Translations under genes and position numbers: made by a program
Virus record (IMG/VR): IMGVR_UViG_3300050121_000180
Span: 1 to 55,469 of that record
Strand: one strand, 5' to 3'
Source: a virus
Lineage: Duplodnaviria; Caudoviricetes
DNA: 55,469 bases
Shown: positions 17,649 to 26,885 of the stretch, piece by piece
Layout: every line of letters starts with the position of its first letter
Position numbering within the stretch: the stretch's first letter is position 1
Notes under the pieces: generated by a model
Databases searched by the model: none
What the model saw: only the letters and a program-made list of their open reading frames with translations
What the model was told of the DNA's origin: nothing

Positions 17649-18152
17649 ATGTCAGACGATAAAGAAATAAAACCTGCTAAAGCCGAAAAACCAGCAAAAG
17701 AACCAAAACCTGTTATTACTAAAATTGAAGCAAACGGTATCATCCGTCCAAACGAAGGTACTGCAACGGGTAATGTTTGGGCAATTGCTGACCGCATTTC
17801 AGGTGAGAAAAAAGCTCCAGCTGAACGTGGCGAAGTTGTTAAGCAATGCGTTAGCGAAGGTATTAACGAATCAACTGCTGCAACTCAGTACGGTCGCTGG
17901 AGAAAATTCTTTGGTGTTGTAACAGTTAAGAAAATCAAATTGAGCGACGAAGAAAAAGCTGCTGAACGCGCTGCGAATAAAGCCGCAAAAGCTGCTGAAA
18001 AAGAAGCGGCTGCCAAAGTAAAAGCAGACGAAAAGGCTGCAAAAGCTGCGACTGAAGCTGCGACTAAAGCTGCTGAAAAAGCTGCTGCTGAAAAAGCTAA
18101 GGCTGAAGTTGTTGCTGCTTCTGTTGTTGCTGGCGAACCACAAACTGCATAA
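17649..18152 (+). CDS. Putative DNA-binding protein, paralog family member 4, with a histone-H1-like AKE tail
   Basis: VWAIAD...RGEVVKQCVSEGINESTAATQYGRWRK, then KAAAEKAKAE repeats. Confidence 0.8.
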   Translation: MSDDKEIKPAKAEKPAKEPKPVITKIEANGIIRPNEGTATGNVWAIADRISGEKKAPAERGEVVKQCVSEGINESTAATQYGRWRKFFGVVTVKKIKLSDEEKAAERAANKAAKAAEKEAAAKVKADEKAAKAATEAATKAAEKAAAEKAKAEVVAASVVAGEPQTA

Positions 18153-18193
18153 AAACTTAGCAATAAACCTTTCTAGCTGTTAGGTTGAAAGCG

Positions 18194-18230
18194 AAATGCC
18201 CCCTTTATCGATATTGGGGGCATTTTTATT
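18194..18230 (+). terminator. Rho-independent terminator
   Basis: AAATGCCCCC...GGGGGCATTT followed by TTATT. Confidence 0.75.
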
Positions 18231-18247
18231 TATGTTCTAACTTTCAT

Positions 18248-18276
18248 TTGCTGTAACTTGCAATCTATCCTATAAT
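18248..18276 (+). promoter_or_regulatory. sigma70 promoter of the 7-deazaguanine cluster
   Basis: TTGCTG-17-TATAAT. Confidence 0.7.
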
Positions 18277-18296
18277 TACTACTCATTAACAAAAGG

Positions 18297-19016
18297 ATGA
18301 AACCCTTGAAAAACAACCAACCCGCCGAGAAGCCTTCGCTTCTTCATTCCGGCGAACTCGAAATTAACTCTATCTTTTATACAATTCAAGGCGAAGGACC
18401 TTTTGCAGGTCGACGAGCTTTGTTTATTAGACTCGCTGGCTGCAACCTTCAATGTTCAGGTTGTGACACTGAATACTCTAATCGAACCTTTATGAATCTT
18501 GGTGTAATCCATCGTAAGTTTACGCAAGCATATAAAAACCAAAAAATAGTTCAGAACCCTTACACAGATTCAAAAATGTTAGTGGTCATCACTGGGGGCG
18601 AGCCGTTCCGCCAAAATATTGCGCCGCTTATTGAAATGTTATTGGACGAGGATTGCGATGTTCAAATTGAAACAAACGGAACATTGTACCAAGAACTCCC
18701 GTTTCATAATATTACAATTGTTTGCAGCCCAAAAACGGGCCGTATTAATGAAAAACTTTATCCGCACATTGACGCGTTCAAATACGTAATTACAGCGGGG
18801 CAAGTTGATAAGGATGGTTTACCTCTAAGCGTTCTAGGGCATCCTGTTAAAAATGCGGTTGCAAAACCACGTCCAGGTTCTAAGATTTATGTTCAAGCTG
18901 CTGACGAACAGGACATCAAGTTAAACAAAGCGAACTTGATGCAAACGATTGAAAGTGTAAAGACTTTTGAATATACTTTGTGTGTACAACTTCATAAAAT
19001 TGCGGGTTTAGATTAA
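18297..19016 (+). CDS. queE: 7-carboxy-7-deazaguanine synthase (radical SAM)
   Basis: IFYTIQGEG, FIRLAGCNLQCSGCDT (CxxxCxxC), ITGGEP, IETNGT, CSPK, QLHK. Confidence 0.95.
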   Translation: MKPLKNNQPAEKPSLLHSGELEINSIFYTIQGEGPFAGRRALFIRLAGCNLQCSGCDTEYSNRTFMNLGVIHRKFTQAYKNQKIVQNPYTDSKMLVVITGGEPFRQNIAPLIEMLLDEDCDVQIETNGTLYQELPFHNITIVCSPKTGRINEKLYPHIDAFKYVITAGQVDKDGLPLSVLGHPVKNAVAKPRPGSKIYVQAADEQDIKLNKANLMQTIESVKTFEYTLCVQLHKIAGLD

Positions 19017-19027
19017 GGGGATTTAAA

Positions 19028-19810
19028 ATGGAAGAAAGAAATAAAACTAAGGTTCTAGTTGTGGCTTCAGGCGGCCAAGACTCAACCACTTGTCTTTTTT
19101 GGGCAAAACAACGTTTCGACGAAGTCTTTGCTGTAACTTATAATTATGGTCAACGTCATGTAATTGAGATAGAAGCTGCAAAAGAAGTTGCTATTCTTGC
19201 AGGCGTTAGAAAACATTTTATCGTAAATGTTGGCCCTATTCTTGTGGGTAGCTCGCCTTTAGTAAGTTCAAACAATTTGGAGCAGTACAAAGACATGCAC
19301 TCACTGCCGGGCGGGCTAGAGAAAACGTTTGTTCCAGGCCGTAATTTGCTGTTCCTAACGTTAGCTGCAAACTTAGCTTACACGCTAGGAATAACGGATG
19401 TTGTAACGGGCGTATGTGAAGAAGATTCTGGCGGGTATCCTGATTGCCGTCAAGCATTTATTGATTCAGCACAAAAAGCAATTATTGAAGGTTTTTCGTA
19501 TAACAGCGAAGATGATTTTACAAAGTTTAAAATTCATACACCTTTGATGTATCTAACAAAAGCTCAAACTGTTGAACTCGCTGTTGAACTAGGTCAAGAC
19601 TGCTGGGACGCATTAGCCCACACTCACACCTCATATGACGGTAAATATCCGCCTACTGGAAACGACCATGCAACTTTGCTTCGCGCCAAAGGGTTCTTTG
19701 AAGCAGGTCGTCCAGACCCGTTAGTCCTTCGCGCTGTAATGGAAGGATTGATGGAATTGCCTGAAACAGATAATTATAAACCTGCTCCAGCACCTTTTCA
19801 GCTGTATTAA
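19028..19810 (+). CDS. queC: 7-cyano-7-deazaguanine synthase (variant lacking the zinc cysteines)
   Basis: SGGQDSTT, YGQRH, TFVPGRN, GYPDCR, TPLMYLTK. Confidence 0.93.
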   Translation: MEERNKTKVLVVASGGQDSTTCLFWAKQRFDEVFAVTYNYGQRHVIEIEAAKEVAILAGVRKHFIVNVGPILVGSSPLVSSNNLEQYKDMHSLPGGLEKTFVPGRNLLFLTLAANLAYTLGITDVVTGVCEEDSGGYPDCRQAFIDSAQKAIIEGFSYNSEDDFTKFKIHTPLMYLTKAQTVELAVELGQDCWDALAHTHTSYDGKYPPTGNDHATLLRAKGFFEAGRPDPLVLRAVMEGLMELPETDNYKPAPAPFQLY

Positions 19811-19815
19811 AGAAT

Positions 19816-19844
19816 TTGCTTTTTCTTATTTATATGTTTATACT
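19816..19844 (+). promoter_or_regulatory. sigma70 promoter upstream of the HNH gene
   Basis: TTGCTT-17-TATACT. Confidence 0.6.
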
Positions 19845-19877
19845 TACACGGTACAACGTGAAAAGGTAAACATATAA

Positions 19878-20405
19878 ATGGCAACTTTATTATTTCGGGA
19901 TTTAATTGATGTAGCTCCTGCTCCTATTCGTGATTATGAATTTAAAGATATACGAATTAAAAATAATTTATTTCGTATATATACGGATGGGGCAGTTTGG
20001 GATATTTCGTATTCGAGATGGCGTGAACCTGACATTGATAAGGACGGGTATAGAATCCACCATCTTGGAAGTAAAACTGTTAAATTACATAGACTAATAT
20101 TAATGGTTTATAGTCGACCACCTAGGCAAAGTGAACAAGGTAGACATCTAGATGGGGACCCTTCTAACAATGATAAGTCAAATTTAGAATGGGGAACAGG
20201 AAAACAAAATTGGATAGACAGACGTTTGCACGGCAGGGAAAGTGCTGAATGGCGAAGGCTCCTTACTAACGAGCAAGCTTTAGCAATCTATAACGATCCT
20301 CGACCTGAAAACGATATTGCAAAAGCATATGATATTTCACGAAATAGTATTATGGCAATTAAAGAAAAATTAACATATAAGGATATTCATAATGAAACCC
20401 TCTAA
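19878..20405 (+). mobile_element. Free-standing HNH homing endonuclease with C-terminal HTH
   Basis: LHRLI...RHLDGDPSNNDKSNLEWGT; inserted between queC and queD. Confidence 0.88.
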
Positions 20406-20832
20406 TAAAATAACAGCGGACAGGTATCATGACTTTTCATACGGGCATCGTGTATATCAACATGAGTCATCTTGTTCACATTTGCACGGTCACAACGGGA
20501 GAGTTCACTTTACAATTACAGCCCCAGCATTGGACACAATTGGGCGAGTTTTGGACTTTTCCGTTATCAAAAGTTTATTATGCTCGTTCTTAGAAGATGA
20601 ATGGGACCACAAATTTTTGGTTTGGGAAAAAGACCCTTGGGCTCCAATTTTAAAAGAGCTTGACCCTGAAGGAACAGTAATTGTTACTTTCAATCCAACC
20701 GCTGAACAACTCGCGCAATACCTTGTTGAAGTTGTTGGCCCGAAAAGATTAGTTGGAACCGGAGCTGTTTTAATAAGTGCAAGATTTGAAGAAACTCGCA
20801 AATGTGCCGCATCATTCATTAAAGGGGAATAA
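20392..20832 (+). CDS. queD: 6-carboxytetrahydropterin synthase
   Basis: GHR...CSHLHGHN, VLDF, WDH, NPTAE, ET. Confidence 0.93.
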   Translation: MKPSNKITADRYHDFSYGHRVYQHESSCSHLHGHNGRVHFTITAPALDTIGRVLDFSVIKSLLCSFLEDEWDHKFLVWEKDPWAPILKELDPEGTVIVTFNPTAEQLAQYLVEVVGPKRLVGTGAVLISARFEETRKCAASFIKGE

Positions 20833-20833
20833 A

Positions 20834-21766
20834 GTGAGCAATAAGTTACATCTAACAAATTTCAATATTAATCAATTGGCAGTATTGCTCAACGAACATA
20901 TTTTATCTTTACACTTGAGCCAGCCTGGTAAATTTGGGCTTAACATTTATGCAGTTCCACGCGGGGGAATTCCGGCAGCCTACGCGCTAAAAGCAGTTAA
21001 CCAAGATTATTATCATATTGTGGACGACCCTAAACAAGCGGATATTGCAGTTGACGATATTATTGATAGTGGTGAAACTGCGAAACGCATGATGTCCGAG
21101 CACTTACTTCCAACTTATGCACTGATTGATAAGGCTGGGGTTAGCGGAGCTGTATTTACATTGGGCGATATTACAAAATGGATTGTTTGGCCATGGGAAA
21201 CGTCTAACGAACAAACAGAAGGCGTTGAAGCAAACGTTACTCGCATCCTTCAGTATATTGGGGAAGATGCTGGGCGCGAAGGTTTGTTGGAAACGCCAAG
21301 ACGTTTTAACAAAGCTCTAGGGCAATGGTTTAGCGGTTATGGTAAAGACCCAAAAGACATTTTAAAAGTGTTTGAGGATGGGGCTGAAAGCTATGACCAA
21401 ATGGTTATTGTTAAAGATATCCCAATTTACTCAAAATGCGAACATCATATTGCTGATATCTTCGGTACTGCTACAATCGCCTACATTCCGAACGGTAAAA
21501 TAGTTGGCCTTAGTAAGTTGTCACGTCTTGCGGATATTTTTGCTAGACGTTTACAAGTGCAAGAGCGTTTAACCCAGCAAATCGCGGATGCCCTTGAAGA
21601 ACATTTAGCGCCTAAAGGCGTAGGTGTTTTGATTAAAGCTAGGCACATGTGCATGGAATCACGTGGTCTATGCCAACAAGGACATTATACTATTACATGC
21701 GCTTTGCACGGAGTTTTGAAAAATGATGTTGCAGCTCGTGCTGAGTTTATGGCTTTGGCAAAATAA
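20834..21766 (+). CDS. folE: Phosphoribosyltransferase - GTP cyclohydrolase I fusion
   Basis: GTG start after queD; PRTase motifs VPRGG, VDDIIDSGET, WIVWPWE; FolE motifs REGLLETPRR, SKCEHH, GLSKLSR, LQVQERLT, HMCMESRG. Confidence 0.92.
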   Translation: MSNKLHLTNFNINQLAVLLNEHILSLHLSQPGKFGLNIYAVPRGGIPAAYALKAVNQDYYHIVDDPKQADIAVDDIIDSGETAKRMMSEHLLPTYALIDKAGVSGAVFTLGDITKWIVWPWETSNEQTEGVEANVTRILQYIGEDAGREGLLETPRRFNKALGQWFSGYGKDPKDILKVFEDGAESYDQMVIVKDIPIYSKCEHHIADIFGTATIAYIPNGKIVGLSKLSRLADIFARRLQVQERLTQQIADALEEHLAPKGVGVLIKARHMCMESRGLCQQGHYTITCALHGVLKNDVAARAEFMALAK

Positions 21767-21767
21767 G

Positions 21768-22325
21768 ATGAAATTTTGCAAGGTTTGTAATAAAGACTTA
21801 CCTTCAAGTTTATTCAAAATTAAAGGTAAGGTTGGAACTTGCATTCCTTGCATGAAACTTCGAAAATCGAATTATTACTTTGATAATAAAGAAGAGATTT
21901 CAAAGAAGCAATCTGAATACCAAAAGAACAGTTTGAAAGTGAAAGCATATCAGGCTGCTTATTTTCAGAAAAATAAAGAGGTAAATGCTAGGGCAACTAA
22001 GAAATGGAGAGATAATCATCCTTTACAGCATCAACAAATTACAAAACAAGATTATTTAAAAAGAAAGAATTCTTGGCCGGATTATGTTGCAACAAGACGA
22101 GCGAAATTACTTCAAGCAATTCCAAAATGGGCGAACAAAGAGAAAGTAAAATCCATATACTTAAAAGCGGCACAATTAACGCTTGAAACCGGAATCCAAC
22201 ATCATGTTGACCACATAGTACCTCTAAATTCAAAGTTAGTTTGTGGGCTACATTGGGAAGGTAACTTAGAACCTTTGCCCGCTTTAGAGAATATGTTAAA
22301 GGGTAATAGATATGAAACTGAGTAA
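21768..22325 (+). mobile_element. Free-standing HNH endonuclease with N-terminal zinc finger
   Basis: MKFCKVC...C..C; HHVDHIVPL...VCGLHWEGNL...N..K.N. Confidence 0.88.
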
Positions 22326-22340
22326 CAAGAGAGCGCAACG

Positions 22341-23273
22341 ATGAATCTTTTTGTCGCTGCTGTTTACAGAAACGGATACCGAGCGGGGGGCGAAGAAAAA
22401 GGCCGCTATGCAAAGTTAACTGACCACGAAAAAGAATGTGTTAATGCAAGTAAGAATCTGCTGGAGTCGTTTCACTATGTTGAAGGGCAAATGTATGTTG
22501 ACGCAATGCGTTTGGATGGGGCGAAGGTCTTTCTTGACTCGGGGGCTTTCTCCGCATTCACATTAGGCGCAACAATCGACCTTCCCCATTATTGTGACTA
22601 CATTAAAAAGAACGAGGATATCATTCGGAAAGAAGATGGAGTTGTCATGGCATCTGTTTTGGATGGTATTGGCGACCCGTTAAAGACTTATCAAAATCAG
22701 CTTGCAATGGAAGAACTAGGTGCGAAACCTTTGCCCTGCTTTCACTATGGTGAAGACGAGCGTTATTTGGAATGGTATGTTAAGAATTATGACTATATTA
22801 CATTAGGCGGGATGGTTGGACGAAGTGCTGTAGTTTTGATGCAGTGGCTTGACCGTATTTGGGAAAAGTATCTAACAGACGGAACTGGCAAACCCCGTTT
22901 AAAAGTTCACGCTTTTGGTATTACTGCAATAAGAATTATGGAGCGATATCCATGGTTTTCGGTTGACTCTAGCTCGTGGATTCAGACCGCAGCGTTTGGT
23001 TCAATTGTAACTCCAAAACACGGAACAATTAGTGTATCATCCCAATCACCTGCTCGCCATGTAGCTGGTCAACATGCTACAACATTGAGCCCTATTGAAC
23101 AAGATTGTGTTTTCAAAATGTTGGAGGATGCAGGCTTTACATATGAGCGTTTGTCCACAGTATATGAAAGTCGAGCAGCGTTTAATATTCACAGTTACGG
23201 GTTGATTGCTGCAATGATTAACGCAAATAAAAATCTAACTTTTAAAGCGCATGTGCAAGAATTATTTGATTAG
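22341..23273 (+). CDS. dpdA: DNA 7-deazaguanine transglycosylase (TGT-like)
   Basis: FLDSGAFS, LDGIGD, PCFHYGE, LGGMVG, VHAFG, SVDSSSW; lies within the preQ0 cluster. Confidence 0.85.
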   Translation: MNLFVAAVYRNGYRAGGEEKGRYAKLTDHEKECVNASKNLLESFHYVEGQMYVDAMRLDGAKVFLDSGAFSAFTLGATIDLPHYCDYIKKNEDIIRKEDGVVMASVLDGIGDPLKTYQNQLAMEELGAKPLPCFHYGEDERYLEWYVKNYDYITLGGMVGRSAVVLMQWLDRIWEKYLTDGTGKPRLKVHAFGITAIRIMERYPWFSVDSSSWIQTAAFGSIVTPKHGTISVSSQSPARHVAGQHATTLSPIEQDCVFKMLEDAGFTYERLSTVYESRAAFNIHSYGLIAAMINANKNLTFKAHVQELFD

Positions 23274-23282
23274 GAGTAAATT

Positions 23283-23402
23283 ATGTTAACGCAAATGTTA
23301 ATTGGTGCGGGATGGATAATAGTTGCCTTTCTTTGTGTATGGGCATCCGTAGATATTACACAACGTTTACTTAGAATATTAGTAAGAGCTTACACATGCT
23401 AA
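23283..23402 (+). CDS. Small membrane protein (39 aa)
   Basis: AGGAG RBS; MLTQMLIGAGWIIVAFLCVWASV... Confidence 0.55.
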   Translation: MLTQMLIGAGWIIVAFLCVWASVDITQRLLRILVRAYTC

Positions 23403-24352
23403 AATCACTTAAATTTGTTTCAGGCGCTATTAATAAAAAAGATTATGTGCAAGCATTATCGCATTTTCGAATTGAAAATAAGATTGTAAGGGGTTTCAGC
23501 GGAGTTATTGGGATTTCCTGCCCCATTGCTTTAGACTTGGATATTACGCCTAATGCGGAACAGTTTACAAAAGCAATTCAAACTTGCCAAGATACAATTG
23601 GGATGCACGTTACAAAAAACGGTAAATTATCCATTAAGTCTGGTAACTTTAAAGCACTTGTAAACTGTATCGAAAAAGAGTCTTTTCCTGAAATATTGCC
23701 GGATGGGGAATTCATAACTTTAAATGGGGGCTTCTTAGCAACCATTAAAAGACTTGCTCCGTTTATTGGGGACGATGCTTCACGTAGCTGGGCGCGGGGA
23801 ATATTGTTCAGGGGGCAAAGTGCGTTTGCAACTAACAATATTATTCTAGTTGAATCATGGCTAGGATATAAGTTCCCTGTGACAGTTAATATCCCAAAAG
23901 CAGCTATTGTGGAATTACTCCGTATCAATGAAGAACCTGAACGTTTGCAAGTTAGCGCGAACAGAATTAGTTTTCACTTTAGTGGTGACCGTTGGTTATG
24001 TAGCCAAACCTATAGCACGGAATGGCCTGACTTATCCCGTGTTTTAAATAATGAAAGTAATGCTCAACCTATGCCTGAAGGTATGTTCGAAGCTGTTGAA
24101 TCGCTTGCGCCTTTTACAGACCAAATGGAACGAGTATTCTTTTCCACTGAAGGTAAAATATCAACTGTTTTGGGGGATGAAGACGGGGCTTCAATGCTAG
24201 TGGAAGCGATTAAGTTTGAAGGATGTTATAATTACAAACACTTAATGCTTCTTAAAAACATTGCTCAGAAGATGGACTTTACTTTGTATCCAGGCCCTTG
24301 TCTTTTCTTTGGGGATAAGATACGCGGGGCGTTGATTGGTTTGAGATTGTAA
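23396..24352 (+). CDS. DNA polymerase sliding clamp (beta-subunit-like)
   Basis: 318 aa; FPEI...DASRSWARGILF...FATNN and WPDLSRVL resemble DnaN repeats; lies upstream of the polymerase. Confidence 0.75.
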   Translation: MLKSLKFVSGAINKKDYVQALSHFRIENKIVRGFSGVIGISCPIALDLDITPNAEQFTKAIQTCQDTIGMHVTKNGKLSIKSGNFKALVNCIEKESFPEILPDGEFITLNGGFLATIKRLAPFIGDDASRSWARGILFRGQSAFATNNIILVESWLGYKFPVTVNIPKAAIVELLRINEEPERLQVSANRISFHFSGDRWLCSQTYSTEWPDLSRVLNNESNAQPMPEGMFEAVESLAPFTDQMERVFFSTEGKISTVLGDEDGASMLVEAIKFEGCYNYKHLMLLKNIAQKMDFTLYPGPCLFFGDKIRGALIGLRL

Positions 24353-24420
24353 TAAACGTTTTAAAATATGCGCTACGGACCGCAATATGTCCTCTTAAAG
24401 TTTTAAAGAAAGATTAAAAT

Positions 24421-26556
24421 ATGGCTCGACATGACTCGCTGGGCATGTTCTGGATGGACATCCCTGAAGTAAAAGTTCTAAAAGTTAAACCTGAACGTCA
24501 CCCACCTAGGCGCACATGGGAAGAAGATGGTTACCTTCCCAACCTTGCGGAAGCATTAGAATTCAAAGTAAACCTGTTTACAGATTATTCTTTAACTCAA
24601 TCTTACATGCAGCGTGAAAAGCTAGTATATGACATTGAGTGTTATGAAAATTATTTTCTAATCGCTTTTATGGGGATAGATACGAAGCAAGTTGTCTATT
24701 TTGAATTTGATTATGATGGGTTATTAATCTCGGAATTTTGGTCAATTCAAAAACTTAGCTGGGTAATGCACAACTTTGAGCTTATAAGCTTCAACGGTAT
24801 TCATTATGACTTGCCCATTGCAGCCCTTGCGATTGCAGGGAAGTCCACAAAAGAATTAAAGCAAGCAACTAACGAAATCATTATGTACGGGATGCGGGGA
24901 AGCGATGTTTTAAGGCAGCATAAAGTTAAAACTCTAAAGCTTAACCATGTGGACATCATTGAAGTTGCACCTTTACAAGCTTCCCTAAAAATTTATTCAG
25001 GGCGTATACATGCCCCGCGTATGCAGGATTTGCCGTTTAAGCATAACAGCTATTTATCATTAGAACAAATTGCAATCGTTCGCTGGTATTGTATTAATGA
25101 CTTAAATAATACATTGTTACTTTACAATACTCTCAAACCTGATATTATACTTCGTTCTGAAATGAGCGAGGGGCGTTTTGACTTACGTTCCAAATCCGAT
25201 GCCCAAATCGCTGAAGCTGTTATTAGCAGGGAAATTGAACAGATTAGCGGTATTCGCCCAAAGACTCCTGAAATTGAATTCGGGGCAACTCATAAATATC
25301 AAATCCCTGCTTACATTAAGTATTCAACACCTATGATGAATAGGATGTTAGACACTGTAAGAAATGCAGACTTTTTTGTAGCTGAGTCTGGCGGTATTGG
25401 GATGCCTAAAGAATTGAGCGATTTAGATATTATAATTGGCAGCTCAACTTATCGCATGGGTATTGGTGGGCTGCATAGTAGCGAAAAGACTGTTTCATAT
25501 ATTGCCAATGAAAATTATAGTCTTGTGGACAGGGACGTTGAATCGTATTATCCACGGATTATATTAAACCTTAGACTTTACCCAAAACAATTGGGCGTTA
25601 ACTTTCTAACTGTTTATGAGCGAATTGTTAATAGACGTTTGGCAGCCAAAGCCGCTGAAGACAATAGAACGTCAAATAGTTTAAAGATTGTTATTAACGG
25701 GAGCTTCGGTAAACTGGGAAGTATGTATTCAGTTCTATATGCACCTGATTTATTTATCCAAGTTACTGTAACAGGCCAGCTATCTTTGCTTATGCTAATT
25801 GAACGTTTGGAGCTTGCTGGGATTAAAGTTGTTTCTGGTAATACGGACGGGGTTGTAGCATACCTTGGCAAGCAACAAGAAACACTGTTTTCCACAATAA
25901 TAGCGCAATGGGAAAGTGACACTAACTTCAAAACGGAGGAAACGCGCTATAAGGCGTTATTTAGTAAAGACGTAAACAATTATATCGCAATCTATGACAA
26001 GCCTAAGAAGGGTAAACACGCTAAAACAAAAGGCGCGTATGCACCAACTGGCCTAAGCAAAAACCCAACAAACTGGATTTGCGTTGAAGCAGTAATTGAG
26101 TTCTTAACTAAAGGTGTTCCAATTACTGCTTCAATAAGAAGTTGTAGAGATATCACTAAATTTGTATCCGTGCGAACAGTTAAAGGCGGAGCAGTTAAAC
26201 CTGACAGTTTTGAACTTGTTGACGATTGGGTTGAAGTTTCAAAAACACATTGGGTTCATGATTGGCAAGTTAAAGATGGTATTTACAATTTACAAGATAT
26301 AAGAATTTCACCAACTAAACCTCCAGCATTTGAAATTGCAGTTGGCGGCACATATTTAGGAAAGTCGATTAGGTGGTATTATTCAGAAGGCGAAACGGGG
26401 CATATTGTTAACGCGCTAAACGGACATCAAGTTCCAAAGAGTGAGGGTGCAAAACCGTTGATGGATTTACCAACGGAATTCCCTTCAGATGTTAACTTTG
26501 ATTGGTACGAAACTGAAGCATACCGTATTTTAAAAGATATTGCATATGAGTTATAA
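24421..26556 (+). CDS. B-family DNA polymerase with 3'-5' exonuclease
   Basis: Exo motifs YDIECY, SFNGIHYD, YCIND; pol motifs DVESYYP, KIVINGSFGK, GNTDG. Confidence 0.93.
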   Translation: MARHDSLGMFWMDIPEVKVLKVKPERHPPRRTWEEDGYLPNLAEALEFKVNLFTDYSLTQSYMQREKLVYDIECYENYFLIAFMGIDTKQVVYFEFDYDGLLISEFWSIQKLSWVMHNFELISFNGIHYDLPIAALAIAGKSTKELKQATNEIIMYGMRGSDVLRQHKVKTLKLNHVDIIEVAPLQASLKIYSGRIHAPRMQDLPFKHNSYLSLEQIAIVRWYCINDLNNTLLLYNTLKPDIILRSEMSEGRFDLRSKSDAQIAEAVISREIEQISGIRPKTPEIEFGATHKYQIPAYIKYSTPMMNRMLDTVRNADFFVAESGGIGMPKELSDLDIIIGSSTYRMGIGGLHSSEKTVSYIANENYSLVDRDVESYYPRIILNLRLYPKQLGVNFLTVYERIVNRRLAAKAAEDNRTSNSLKIVINGSFGKLGSMYSVLYAPDLFIQVTVTGQLSLLMLIERLELAGIKVVSGNTDGVVAYLGKQQETLFSTIIAQWESDTNFKTEETRYKALFSKDVNNYIAIYDKPKKGKHAKTKGAYAPTGLSKNPTNWICVEAVIEFLTKGVPITASIRSCRDITKFVSVRTVKGGAVKPDSFELVDDWVEVSKTHWVHDWQVKDGIYNLQDIRISPTKPPAFEIAVGGTYLGKSIRWYYSEGETGHIVNALNGHQVPKSEGAKPLMDLPTEFPSDVNFDWYETEAYRILKDIAYEL

Positions 26557-26612
26557 ATTAATCGAAATAATGCTTGACCGTTAGATTGAATAAGTAGATT
26601 ATTACTACATCA
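26555..26612 (+). promoter_or_regulatory. Early-type promoter (TACATCG family)
   Basis: ATCGAAATAA UP element, TTGACC-17-GATTAT, then TACATCA. Confidence 0.65.
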
Positions 26613-26629
26613 ACAACGGGAGAACGAAA

Positions 26630-26884
26630 ATGGGAACAGCAACTTTTACAAATACAAATTCAAAAACAATTGAACAAGCTGCAAAACGTGCGGGAATACC
26701 TATTGAGCTATGTAATAACAAATATGGCTATTCAAAAGAAGCGATTAGGATTTTCGAAGAGAAACATGAAATACATAAATTCATAACAATTACAGTAACA
26801 GGTTCTAAATCTATGCTAATGCGATTGATCGGTTCTTTAGCTGACGATGGCGATGACTCTTTAATTTCTTTTGTTGGGATTTAA
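26630..26884 (+). CDS. Hypothetical protein
   Basis: GGGAGAA RBS after the promoter. Confidence 0.75.
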   Translation: MGTATFTNTNSKTIEQAAKRAGIPIELCNNKYGYSKEAIRIFEEKHEIHKFITITVTGSKSMLMRLIGSLADDGDDSLISFVGI

Positions 26885-26885
26885 A

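Noticed and set aside
17871-18163. Ser/Phe- and Ala-rich - strand ORFs
   Set aside because: Antisense shadows of the AKE-repeat tail of ORF 17649
24421-26556. Intein or intron in the polymerase, terminase or helicase
   Set aside because: The frames are continuous and of ordinary length, with no intein termini or LAGLIDADG motifs seen
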